The notes below the pieces were generated by a model, which did not search any database, was not told where the DNA came from, and was given only the letters and a program-made list of their open reading frames with translations. From Candidatus Bathyarchaeota archaeon (GTDB lineage Archaea; Thermoproteota; Bathyarchaeia; TCS64): 64,000 bases of DNA. The stretch lies in the NCBI GenBank assembly GCA_963771885.1, contig CAVYVF010000023.1, forward strand, positions 384,001 through 448,000. Direction: 5' to 3'. Of the stretch, positions 9,150 to 18,448 are shown piece after piece. The position numbers were made by a program, and so were the translations under genes. The first letter of the stretch is position 1, and the number at the start of each line of letters is the position of its first letter.

Positions 9150-9653
9150 CTAGAGGCCGTGGATTATGTGCAGGATGATGCTCATCAGGAGCGTCATCGC
9201 AGCGGCTGGATGGAGGAACTTGTAGTATCTGATCCATACGGGCTTGACTGCGAAGAATGTTGTGAGCCCCGTCGCCACGAGGATAAGCACGGCAACGTAC
9301 TGCACGACGCCGGTGCCGAGGTCGGGGTAACTCGTCGGGGAGCGGGATATCTGGTGTGCGAGGTGGGTAGAGACTAGAAGGAAGCCTAGTAGGTTCCCGA
9401 AGGCGTGTAGTCTAAGGGTGTTTGCCGTGGTAGCGTGGCGCGCCCTCTTGGCGTAGACGTACCACGCGGTAACGGCAAATATGATGATTGAGCCGATCCA
9501 CCCCGTCCAGTGCTGTGGGGAGTTGACGACGCCGAGTATGTCGATGGGTGTGAAGGGCAGCCTTACCAGGTGCAGGAGTACCGCCGTCATCACGATGGCG
9601 GTCGCCGCGACAATGGCTAGAGCTAACCATAACGTTGTCCTCCTGCTGACCAT
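9150..9653 (-). CDS. Membrane protein with His residues in or next to its TM helices (cytochrome b/ferric reductase-like?)
   Basis: 4-5 hydrophobic helices; RLHAFG, STHLA, FLHPA, ILHIIH. Confidence 0.6.
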   Translation of the reverse strand: MVSRRTTLWLALAIVAATAIVMTAVLLHLVRLPFTPIDILGVVNSPQHWTGWIGSIIIFAVTAWYVYAKRARHATTANTLRLHAFGNLLGFLLVSTHLAHQISRSPTSYPDLGTGVVQYVAVLILVATGLTTFFAVKPVWIRYYKFLHPAAAMTLLMSIILHIIHGL

Positions 9654-9757
9654 ACTTGATCCATGAAAACCGGGGTATTTATTACATCTTACATGGGGGA
9701 GTGTCGCGTCAAGACGAGTTGGCCTTGAGGCGTGCTCCCCTCATAACGAGAAAAATT

Positions 9758-10660
9758 TTACTTCAGCTTCAGGTCGGCGAGTATCTGGAAGAGGCGTATT
9801 CGTCCCTCGTCGGTGAGTGGGACCTTTGGGCTCCTGCTGGTCGCCGTCTCGATAACGCCGCGGTACTTGAGAGTCTCCTTCTCGATCTCGGCGGTAGCGC
9901 CGGGGCTGGCGTGGAAGAGGTCGACCCAGGGCTTGTACTTGACGTAAGCCTTCTCAGCCGCCTTCGCATTGCCCTTCTTGGCGGGCGTCCATATCTCCCT
10001 GATGAGGTCTGTGAGGCACCCGCTCGGGATCGTGCCGTCAGCGCCGAGGGCCGCCTCCTGGAGGATGAGTTTGGCTGCCATGCCGCCGAAGACGGAGACC
10101 CGCTTGGGCATGAGGCGGTTGATATCGCGTAGCTTGTCGAGTGTCCCTGGCCCCTCGAGCTTGATACTGACGAGGTTGCTGTATTCGTCGGCGAGGTCGA
10201 GGTAGGTTGTGGGGCAGATGTGTATCCCCGTCGCGTCCTCGGCGTCCTGGAGCATGACGGGTAGGTTTGTGGAGCCGCAGATGGCACCTATGTGGCTCTT
10301 GACTATCGCCTTGCTCGGCGTGTGGCTGAAGTAGGGCACCATGGCGATGACGCCGTCGGCGCCCCTGTCATCCGCGTGCTTCGCGAGGCGTATCGCTAGC
10401 TCGGTGCCGCTGTGGCTCACCCCGTAGAGTACCGGCACCCTCCCGTCCGCTGCTTCAATCGTTGCGTCGAGGATATCCATCCGCTCCTCCTCGCTGAACT
10501 TGAAGAACTCCCCCGCGATTATCCCCGGGCAGACCCCATCCGCCCCCCACTCGATGTTCGCCTCGACCTGGGCGCGCATGCCAGCCACGTCGAGGTCGCC
10601 CTTCGCATCCGTCACTGTGCAGAGGGCTGGATAAACCCCGGCCCAATCAGGCTTGACCAT
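9758..10660 (-). CDS. DHDPS/NAL superfamily protein, resembling 2-keto-3-deoxy sugar acid dehydratases
   Basis: GVYPALCT, GEFFKFSEEER, Schiff-base Lys in IKLEG; MLQDA replaces the catalytic Tyr. Confidence 0.85.
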   Translation of the reverse strand: MVKPDWAGVYPALCTVTDAKGDLDVAGMRAQVEANIEWGADGVCPGIIAGEFFKFSEEERMDILDATIEAADGRVPVLYGVSHSGTELAIRLAKHADDRGADGVIAMVPYFSHTPSKAIVKSHIGAICGSTNLPVMLQDAEDATGIHICPTTYLDLADEYSNLVSIKLEGPGTLDKLRDINRLMPKRVSVFGGMAAKLILQEAALGADGTIPSGCLTDLIREIWTPAKKGNAKAAEKAYVKYKPWVDLFHASPGATAEIEKETLKYRGVIETATSRSPKVPLTDEGRIRLFQILADLKLK

Positions 10661-10746
10661 GTTCCACTATGGGGAATCTATCCCCTTAACCGTTGCCACG
10701 GCAAGTGTTTTCTTAACAGTCGACGGAAGTCTCACCAGTGGTTCAG

Positions 10747-13200
10747 ATGGCGAGGCTACCCTACTCCAAAAAGACCCTGAGAGCGACGGGATCCCAGTAC
10801 AGCTACGGCCCCGAGGCGACTCAGGCGGCGTTCCTCCTCGGTGGCATTGGCACGGGCAACGTGAGCGTCGGTGCGCGCGGCGATCTGCGCGACTGGGAGA
10901 TATTCAACAGGTCGGCGAAGGGGCAGAGGATGCCCTACGGCTTCTTCAGCATAGCCGTCAAGCAGGGTGACGAGGTCGACGCACGCGTCCTCGAGTCGCG
11001 TCTGCAACCACCGTTCGCTGAGAGTCACGGCTTCCACCCGAGCACAACCGCGGGGCTTCCCCGATTCGCCCATAGCGAGATGCGTGGCGAGTATCCCCTC
11101 TGCTGGGTCGACATCTGGGATGAGGAGCTCCCCATCGAGGTGACGCTCGAGGCATATACGCCGCTTATCCCCCATGAGCCTGACGACTCAGGCATCCCCG
11201 TTGCTGCCCTTACATATACCGTCAGGAACGTCGGCACGACGTCAATCGATGTCACGATAGTAGGCAGTCTCACCAACGCCGTCGGCCATACAGGGGTCGA
11301 CCAGTTCGGCGCAATAAAAACCCAGGGCTTCGGAGGCAACTCGAACGAGTTGCGTGTAGAGCAGGAGCTAATCGGCGTCTACCTCCACTCGCAGAAACAC
11401 CCGGCCGACGACATCCTCCACGGCAGTCTTGCTCTCGCCACGACTAACAAGAGGACGACGGTTAAGCCCCATTGGCTGAGAAGCGGCTGGTGGGACGCTC
11501 TGCGTGAGTTCTGGGATGACATGCAGGACGGGACGCTAACCTCCCACGGCTACACGACGCCCAGCGAGGAGGGAAAGACAGATGTAGCCAGTGTCGGCGC
11601 CACCGAGGCTATCAAACCCGGTGAGGAGAAGACGTTCCGATTCATACTCGCGTGGCACTTCCCCAACAGGGTCCGCCACTGGGACCAGCGCCTCTGCGCC
11701 TGCGGCGGCGACTGCGAGCAGGAGGTAATCCGAAACCGCTACGCGTTGCGCTTCGATAACGCGTGGGAGGTCGCCCGCTACATGGTTGAAACGTGGGACC
11801 ACCTCGACGGGATGACCCACACATTCCACGACGCCCTATTCCAAAGCACGCTACCTGCACACGTCCTCGACGCCGCCTCCGCAAACATAATTGCGCTCCG
11901 CAGCAACACTTGCTTCTGGCTCGAGGACGGCACATTCCTCGCCTACGAGGGGTGCTTCGACGACGCCGGCTGTTGCAGTGGTAGTTGCACGCACGTTTGG
12001 AACTACGAGCAGACCCTCGCCTACCTCTTCCCCACTCTTGAGCGGAACATGAGAGAAGTCGAGTTCCGGAGTGAGACCCACCCGGACGGTGAGATGAACT
12101 TCCGTGTAAGGAACGCATTCCCGGGCACGATCAACTCTGACACTAAAGAGGCGGCGAGCGACGGGCAGCTCGGCAGCATAACGCGCGTCTATCGTGAGTG
12201 GAAGCTATCGGGGGACACGGACTGGATGACTGGGCTCTGGCCCCAAGTCAAGCTATCGATGGAATACAGCATCAGGACGTGGGACCCTGACAAAGACGGC
12301 GTCACAGACGGGCGCCAGCACAACACCTACGACATCCAGTTCTACGGCCCTAATCCACTCACCGGCGTCATCTACCTCGCCGCCCTGCGTGCCTCCGCGA
12401 AAATGGCGGAGGCAGCGGGTGATTACGACGCCGCCGAGCGCTATGCCAGCTTACTCGCTAAGGGTGGTAGGAAGCTCGATAAAGTACTCTGGAACGGCGA
12501 GTACTACGAGCAGCGCCTCCCCGACGTGGACGCCTACAAGTACCAGCACGGCGTCGGGTGCCTAGCCGACCAACTCCTCGGGCAGCTGAACGCCCACCTA
12601 GCTGGCCTCGGCTACGTGCTCCCCCCGAGGAAGGTAAAGAAGGCGATCAGCGCCGTCTTCAGGCACAACCTGCTCACGGACTTCACTCACCACGACAACT
12701 GCCAGCGTACATACGCCCTCAACGACGAGGTTGGGCTCTTGCTATGCACGTGGCCTAATGGGGGCAGACCTAAGATTCCCTTCCCATACAGTCACGAGGT
12801 ATGGACGGGTATAGAGTACCAAGTCGCCGCCCACCTTATCTGGGAGGGGCTGGTCGACGAGGGGCTCGCAGTCGTTAAGGCGGTGCGGGACAGGCACGAC
12901 GGCATCAAGCGAAGCCCGTGGAACGAGTTCGAATGTGGCCACCACTACGCCCGAGCCATGTCAAGTTGGGGCCTTATTATCGCTCTTAGCGGCTATAGCT
13001 GCGACATGGTTGAGAAGAAGATCAGCTTCAGCCCTCGCATCAACGGAGACGACTTCCGCTGCTTCTGGAGCACCGGCACCGCCTGGGGTGTATATACACA
13101 GAAGTGGGACGCCGAGGGAAAGCTCAGGCAGTGCATCGAGGTCATCCACGGCTCCCTCAAGGGCGTCAGGGTGAACGACAACCCCCAGCAACCCATATAA
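10747..13200 (+). CDS. GH116 glycoside hydrolase (non-lysosomal glucosylceramidase-like)
   Basis: LGGIGTG, WEIFN, CTHVWNY, QHNTYD, DQLLGQ, EVWTGIEY, ECGHHYARAMSSW. Confidence 0.93.
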   Translation: MARLPYSKKTLRATGSQYSYGPEATQAAFLLGGIGTGNVSVGARGDLRDWEIFNRSAKGQRMPYGFFSIAVKQGDEVDARVLESRLQPPFAESHGFHPSTTAGLPRFAHSEMRGEYPLCWVDIWDEELPIEVTLEAYTPLIPHEPDDSGIPVAALTYTVRNVGTTSIDVTIVGSLTNAVGHTGVDQFGAIKTQGFGGNSNELRVEQELIGVYLHSQKHPADDILHGSLALATTNKRTTVKPHWLRSGWWDALREFWDDMQDGTLTSHGYTTPSEEGKTDVASVGATEAIKPGEEKTFRFILAWHFPNRVRHWDQRLCACGGDCEQEVIRNRYALRFDNAWEVARYMVETWDHLDGMTHTFHDALFQSTLPAHVLDAASANIIALRSNTCFWLEDGTFLAYEGCFDDAGCCSGSCTHVWNYEQTLAYLFPTLERNMREVEFRSETHPDGEMNFRVRNAFPGTINSDTKEAASDGQLGSITRVYREWKLSGDTDWMTGLWPQVKLSMEYSIRTWDPDKDGVTDGRQHNTYDIQFYGPNPLTGVIYLAALRASAKMAEAAGDYDAAERYASLLAKGGRKLDKVLWNGEYYEQRLPDVDAYKYQHGVGCLADQLLGQLNAHLAGLGYVLPPRKVKKAISAVFRHNLLTDFTHHDNCQRTYALNDEVGLLLCTWPNGGRPKIPFPYSHEVWTGIEYQVAAHLIWEGLVDEGLAVVKAVRDRHDGIKRSPWNEFECGHHYARAMSSWGLIIALSGYSCDMVEKKISFSPRINGDDFRCFWSTGTAWGVYTQKWDAEGKLRQCIEVIHGSLKGVRVNDNPQQPI

Positions 13201-13227
13201 CCCTGAACGCCCCAACCACGGGGAACA

Positions 13228-13875
13228 ATGTCTTGGGACGCCGAGTACAACAAGTACAGGCAGATCTGGGGTGAGAGACCAAGCGAGCTTACCCTTGAGG
13301 CGGCAAAAAGGCTTATCTACTCAAAGGGGAAGCCGCTGCGAGTCCTCGACATCGGCTGCGGCTACGGACGCGACTCGGTGTTTATAACGAAGAGCCTCGG
13401 CTTTAGGGTCCTCGGCATCGATATCTCCGAGAAGGCCGTCGAGATGGCTAAGGAGAACGCCCTAAAGGCGCAGGCAGGCAAGGCCGAGTTCAAGATCTCC
13501 GACTTCCGCGACCTTAACAGTTACTTCGACGTCATTATAGTCTCTAATCTCTACCACCTGCTGCCTCCCGAGGGGCGCAGAGACCTTGCGTACCACGTGG
13601 CGCGTCTACTGGGCCCGGAGGGCAGATTGTATCTGAACGCCATCTCGGTCAATGACGGCGAGCACTTCGGCGTTGGGACACCGGTGGAGAGCGAGGAGAA
13701 CTCGTGGGTCGATAAAGGCAGGTACATACACCTCAGTGCTGAGGAGGAGTTACGCGGGGCCTTCCACGCATTAAAGGTCAAGGAGCTTTACGAGCATGAG
13801 TACGAGGAGCCCCACCCGGGGGCACGTACTCACTACCACAAGGCATGGATTCTGGTAGCTGAGAAGTTAATTTGA
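13228..13875 (+). CDS. Class I SAM-dependent methyltransferase
   Basis: VLDIGCGYGRD, GIDISEKAV. Confidence 0.9.
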   Translation: MSWDAEYNKYRQIWGERPSELTLEAAKRLIYSKGKPLRVLDIGCGYGRDSVFITKSLGFRVLGIDISEKAVEMAKENALKAQAGKAEFKISDFRDLNSYFDVIIVSNLYHLLPPEGRRDLAYHVARLLGPEGRLYLNAISVNDGEHFGVGTPVESEENSWVDKGRYIHLSAEEELRGAFHALKVKELYEHEYEEPHPGARTHYHKAWILVAEKLI

Positions 13876-13882
13876 GAAGGGT

Positions 13883-13958
13883 TGGTGCGGTCGCCGGGAT
13901 TCGGACCCGGGTTTCCTGCGTGGCAGGCAGGTATCCTACCAGGCTAGACTACAACCGC
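13883..13958 (-). tRNA. tRNA-Gly(GCC), CCA encoded
   Basis: Cloverleaf GCGGTTG...CGACCGC-A-CCA; anticodon arm CCTGC-CTGCCAC-GCAGG. Confidence 0.95.
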
Positions 13959-14008
13959 GCGCATCCAGAAATGTCAAGGGGCTCCTATTAATCTCTTACC
14001 CCGAGAGC

Positions 14009-14530
14009 TCAGCCCTCGCGTTTCCTGAGGATCATCTCGGCCGCGACCTCGGCGGCGATTCCGCAGACCTTGAGGCAACCCTCGTCGCCGTGGCCGCCCG
14101 AGTTGATGAAGTCGGTTCTTTGGGCGGCGTCGGCTAGGTTCCAACTCCTCCCATAGAGCGCTTGCTGTATGTCCCGGCAGAGCGTCGAGGGGAGTGGCTT
14201 CTCGAGCGCCCACTCCTTCTCGAGGCGGTGCATGAACTCGTTGCTCAGGGCGTAGCCGTCGGCGACCGTACCCTGTAGCTTTGGCAGGTCTTCGAGCTTC
14301 TCCCTTCCCTCCTCGAGGCCGAGGGCCATGAGTGCGCCGACGAGTGCTCCACAAGACTCGCCTCTCCTCGCCATGCCGCCGGCGAAGGCAGTCGCGGCTT
14401 TCAGGCTCTGGGCGTCTCCGATGTTCAAGCCTTCCTGTAAAGCGGCTATTACTGCCTGGCTGCAGCCGCTCATGTTCTCGTTGGCGTGTGCCTTGGCGCG
14501 TATAGCCTTGACCTTATTGTAATCAACCAT
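14009..14530 (-). CDS. C-GCAxxG-C-C family putative redox protein (paralogue 1)
   Basis: GCSQAV, GESCGALVG, TLCRDI, CLKVC. Confidence 0.88.
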   Translation of the reverse strand: MVDYNKVKAIRAKAHANENMSGCSQAVIAALQEGLNIGDAQSLKAATAFAGGMARRGESCGALVGALMALGLEEGREKLEDLPKLQGTVADGYALSNEFMHRLEKEWALEKPLPSTLCRDIQQALYGRSWNLADAAQRTDFINSGGHGDEGCLKVCGIAAEVAAEMILRKREG

Positions 14531-14572
14531 TAATGAGACGTGGTCCAGCCCCGATTTAAACCCTGAGCCGAG

Positions 14573-15091
14573 CTACATAACCCGTGGGAGGAGCCTCTCC
14601 GCAGCTACCTCGGCTGCGATCTTGCACACCTTGGGGCATCCCTCGTCGCCATGGCCCCCACAGGCGTAGAACGCCTCCCTCTGCGCCGTGTCGCGGAGGT
14701 CGTAGCTCCTCCCATAGATGCCCCTCTGGATGTCCCAGCAGATCGTAGACTTCAGCGGCTCCTTGAGGTTGAACTCCTTCTCGACTCGGCGCTGGAACTC
14801 GGTGGCCACCGTGTCGGCCTCGGCGCAGGCGGCGGCGTAGACCGTAGTGTCGGGCATTCTACTCCTACCCTCCACGAGCCCTACAGCCATCAACGCGCCT
14901 AACAACGCGCCGCAGGTCTCACCCCGCCTGGCGACTCCGCCGCTGAGAACCGTCGCTGCCTTGAACGAGTTTTGATCACCGATCATGAGCCCCTCCTGGA
15001 GCGCGAGGAGCACGGACTGACTGCAGCCGCTGTACTTGTCGTAGAAGAGGGCGCGCCTGCCGATCTCCTTCACGAGAACATCATCTACCAT
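14573..15091 (-). CDS. C-GCAxxG-C-C family putative redox protein (paralogue 2)
   Basis: GCSQSV, GETCGALLG, TICWDI, CPKVC. Confidence 0.88.
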   Translation of the reverse strand: MVDDVLVKEIGRRALFYDKYSGCSQSVLLALQEGLMIGDQNSFKAATVLSGGVARRGETCGALLGALMAVGLVEGRSRMPDTTVYAAACAEADTVATEFQRRVEKEFNLKEPLKSTICWDIQRGIYGRSYDLRDTAQREAFYACGGHGDEGCPKVCKIAAEVAAERLLPRVM

Positions 15092-15179
15092 GATAACAAG
15101 TCGCCTCGTAGCCGATTTAAGACGTGACCCTAGTCGACATCAACATTTATACGGGGGCAAACCAGCATCCAGCAACGAA

Positions 15180-15518
15180 ATGATAGGTCTACACCTCATG
15201 CTCGACGGCATAATGCGTGTGCCGGTTACGCGTGATACCGTAGACGCCATCCTAAGCGAGCTTCCCGGCAATATCGGTATGAAGATACTTGCGGGCCCCA
15301 TCGTCGTGGCGGGCCATGACTGTAACCCCGGGTGGACAGGTTTCGTCGTCATCGACAAGAGCCACATAGCTATCCACACCTTCACCGATGGCAATAGGAT
15401 AAGCATCGACGTCTACAGCTGCCAGCCGTTCGACACCGACGAAGTGGAGCGCTACCTCAACAAAAAGATCGGTATTACGCACGTGAACAAGAGCGTAGTC
15501 AACCGCTCCGAGGCTTAG
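15180..15518 (+). CDS. Pyruvoyl-dependent AdoMet decarboxylase (SpeD)-family protein
   Basis: GLHLMLD, GWTGFVVIDKSHIAIHTF, IDVYSC. Confidence 0.8.
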   Translation: MIGLHLMLDGIMRVPVTRDTVDAILSELPGNIGMKILAGPIVVAGHDCNPGWTGFVVIDKSHIAIHTFTDGNRISIDVYSCQPFDTDEVERYLNKKIGITHVNKSVVNRSEA

Positions 15519-15897
15519 ACCGACTTTTAGCGAAGGCGTACGCCTCGTCCAACCACCTCCGGACGTCGCCATCCAGGTCAGCCTCCTTCTCAATGATAAG
15601 GTGGTGAGTCCAGAAGCCAGCTCGGGGCTCGACCGACTGCTTTATCCTCGGGTGCTCGACCCGATGCGGGAGGTCGAAAGTGAGAGTAATGGTGGCCTCG
15701 GGCCTCCTTACCCACATCTGGGGGAGCCAGATCCATACGAACTTTCTCCCGGCGCTGAATGAGACCTGCGTTTTCATCACCTCCATCTTGACGGGTCCGA
15801 GCGTTTCGATGTATTCTCTCACGTGATGGAAGAGGCGCAGGGATTCGTGTCGGCCCTCGAAGAAGCCCTCAATCGTCCAGATCCCGGGTGCCTTCAC
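15499..15897 (-). CDS. DUF5655-like hypothetical protein
   Basis: KTQVSF, WTHH, DGDVRRWLDEAY pattern. Confidence 0.7.
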   Translation of the reverse strand: MKAPGIWTIEGFFEGRHESLRLFHHVREYIETLGPVKMEVMKTQVSFSAGRKFVWIWLPQMWVRRPEATITLTFDLPHRVEHPRIKQSVEPRAGFWTHHLIIEKEADLDGDVRRWLDEAYAFAKSRSKPRSG

Positions 15898-15939
15898 GGT
15901 GAAGCCATGGAGTCACTACAATTTAGTTGTTTATCACGC

Positions 15940-17667
15940 CTAGTTGAGCTCGAAAGTCTCCTCTAGCTGCCTCGTGGCGCGTAACGCCGCACGCCCCGCG
16001 ACTATGAAGAAGACAACTATCACCACCAGCACGACGAGGCCGCTGCCGAGGTCGCCGAAGACGCTGCTGAATGTCCTCGCGATGAGGGGGAAGCTCACGA
16101 GGAGCACCGTCGTCGCCACTAGGGCGAGGGTCGTGAAGTAGAGAAAGCTCTCGATCCTGTCGTTTGCGCTTCTGTGGCGCTTGCCGAGCCTCGATGCGAC
16201 GCCTTGCACGAGCTTCGTATAGACGCGGCGCATTCTGACGCTCACGATGAGGACGATGATGACGGTGAAGCTGGCTATAGTAAGGTCAACACCGTTTCTG
16301 ATGAAGGGTGTGGAAATTAGGGGAGTCACGTAGGTTATGGCGAGGTTCCCGACACCGACAACGAGTAGTATGATCGCCACGCGTCTCGCTAGCTCCCAGA
16401 ATGCGGAGCGTATCTCCTCGAAGACAGCTGTCTCCTTCCCAAATGCCTCCCCAACGATCCTGAAGATGTTCTCTAATCTTGTCCTGAGCTGCCTCGGGAA
16501 AACTCCGGCGAGTCGCTCGGGGAGCGTCTTCTCGAACATTATTAGACCGCTGGACATGACCGCGGAGCCGGCGAGGGCTATGACGCTGATGAGGTAGAGC
16601 TCCTCGCTTCCGAAGCCGAGGTCGACGGCGTTGCGCGCCATGATAACACCGAACTCGCTTATTGCCAGCATGTAGAGTCCGAGTCGGAGCCCCTGCTCTA
16701 GCTTAACCCCCATTATCCAACTGCTTAGACTGAAGCCGACGAACTTCACGAGGACGACGAATAGTGAGACTAATATGGCGACGGTTATCAGGCCGGCGTC
16801 GTTGACAAGTGGGAGGCTCGCTCCGATGCTTGAGAAGAAGATCAGGCTACTCAGATCGCGGAGGCTCCTCATCTTCTCCTCGACCGCTTCCTGTACGCCG
16901 AGGTTGCTGACGACTAAACCGGCGATGAATGCGCCGAAGGCGGTGCTGAGTCCTGAGAGGACGCCGACGTAAGCATATGTCAAGACGACTGCGAGACTGA
17001 GGGCGAGAAATATCTCGCTCTCTTTGCCCGCCGCCCAGCGCAGGGGTCCCCTCAGTAGGCGTAGTCCAAGATAGACCATGAAGATCACACTCAAGAGGAT
17101 ACCGAGAAGGAGTTGGACGATGCCGCTGACGCTAGGCCTCCCCGCAGCGGCGAGTATAGGGAAGATGCTCAGCCCGACGATGGCGATGATGTCCTCGAAG
17201 GCGCCTACGCCCAGTATAATGCTCCTCGTCCCCGGGTCTTCTATCCCCCTCTCCTCAAGCATCTTGAATGTGATCGCGGTGCTCGTGTTCATCGCCATAA
17301 AGACTAGGACGAGTGTCTCACCCCAGCTTAGGTCGAGGACCGTGGCGAAGAATATGGTGAGGAGCGAGACGACTACAACCTCAACGGCAACTATGCCTCC
17401 GGACTTGAGGCCGCCCCGGCTCAGGAAGTCAAGCTTCACAACGAGTCCGATCTCGAATGCTATCAGTATAACCCCCAACTCGGCGAGGAAAGTCAACAAC
17501 GGACTCTCAGTGTCGACGAGGTGGAGGAGAGGCCCGACTATCATGCCTCCTAGGATGTAGCCAGCGATTGCGGAGAAGCCGAGACGCCTAGCAAGAATGC
17601 CGCAGACGGCAGCCGCCACCAGCGGCACAACCAACAGTAAAATCGCGTCTTCGGCCAAATCCATCAC
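15940..17667 (-). CDS. CPA2 (Kef-type) cation:proton antiporter
   Basis: GYILGGMIVGP, AELGVILIAFEIG, FEDI, GAFIAG, SEFG. Confidence 0.9.
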   Translation of the reverse strand: MMDLAEDAILLLVVPLVAAAVCGILARRLGFSAIAGYILGGMIVGPLLHLVDTESPLLTFLAELGVILIAFEIGLVVKLDFLSRGGLKSGGIVAVEVVVVSLLTIFFATVLDLSWGETLVLVFMAMNTSTAITFKMLEERGIEDPGTRSIILGVGAFEDIIAIVGLSIFPILAAAGRPSVSGIVQLLLGILLSVIFMVYLGLRLLRGPLRWAAGKESEIFLALSLAVVLTYAYVGVLSGLSTAFGAFIAGLVVSNLGVQEAVEEKMRSLRDLSSLIFFSSIGASLPLVNDAGLITVAILVSLFVVLVKFVGFSLSSWIMGVKLEQGLRLGLYMLAISEFGVIMARNAVDLGFGSEELYLISVIALAGSAVMSSGLIMFEKTLPERLAGVFPRQLRTRLENIFRIVGEAFGKETAVFEEIRSAFWELARRVAIILLVVGVGNLAITYVTPLISTPFIRNGVDLTIASFTVIIVLIVSVRMRRVYTKLVQGVASRLGKRHRSANDRIESFLYFTTLALVATTVLLVSFPLIARTFSSVFGDLGSGLVVLVVIVVFFIVAGRAALRATRQLEETFELN

Positions 17668-17770
17668 CTACGCCATTCAGCGCCTCCCATAGCTAACCCC
17701 GTGCAACCAAAAACGTTGTGGGGCGAGTCAAGGTTTATCTCGATTGTTTCCCCAGCCAAACACGACCAGA

Positions 17771-18274
17771 ATGAGCAAAAAGGACACGAAGATGGCAGAG
17801 AAGTTCAGGCAGCTCGCGGTCGTCGAGGACGACTACGCAGTCAAGCTCGAGGGCGAGGTACGCGGCTACGGAAACGAGGTTCTCCGCGACATCGTCGGCT
17901 CAGTCGCCGTCGACAGTAAAAAGCACGCGGGCCTCTTCAAGGCATGCGCCGCGATAAGCGCCGGCGAGAGCCTCAGCTTGACTGAAGACGAGTACAACGA
18001 GCTCGTCGACAGCTTCGAGAAGCACACAGTCGTCGAGGGCAACATGATCAAGCAGGTCGACGACATTCTCGCCAAGACGAAGGATGACCGCATTAAAATG
18101 ATGCTCAACCACATAAAGAGCGATGAGATCAGGCATCACCTCCTCCTCAAGGCGCTGACCAAGATGGTCGTGAAGAGGGAGATCGTCCTCGAGAAGGAAG
18201 TCTGGAACCAGCTCTTCCGCGACGTGCTGACGCACGGCCACGCTCCACCGGACCAGTGGGAAGAGCCCGAGTGA
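17771..18274 (+). CDS. Ferritin-like four-helix-bundle protein
   Basis: Helical protein with DSKKH, HTVVE and DEIRHH metal-ligand patterns. Confidence 0.7.
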   Translation: MSKKDTKMAEKFRQLAVVEDDYAVKLEGEVRGYGNEVLRDIVGSVAVDSKKHAGLFKACAAISAGESLSLTEDEYNELVDSFEKHTVVEGNMIKQVDDILAKTKDDRIKMMLNHIKSDEIRHHLLLKALTKMVVKREIVLEKEVWNQLFRDVLTHGHAPPDQWEEPE

Positions 18275-18448
18275 CATAAACCAACGCGTAAATTGGACAC
18301 CTAAGGGGTAAAAAGAGGCGAAATATCCCCCCTTTTCCCACAAGGGGATTTTTTAATGGCAAAAACTCATTTCGCCAAGTTCTGAGGGTTAAATTTAAAT
18401 AAATTCCTCCGATGACATACTCGTGCCCGGAAAAGCTCACGGTGAAGT

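Noticed and set aside
14009..15091. Selenocysteine in the C-GCAxxG-C-C proteins
   Set aside because: All motif positions are Cys codons with no in-frame TGA
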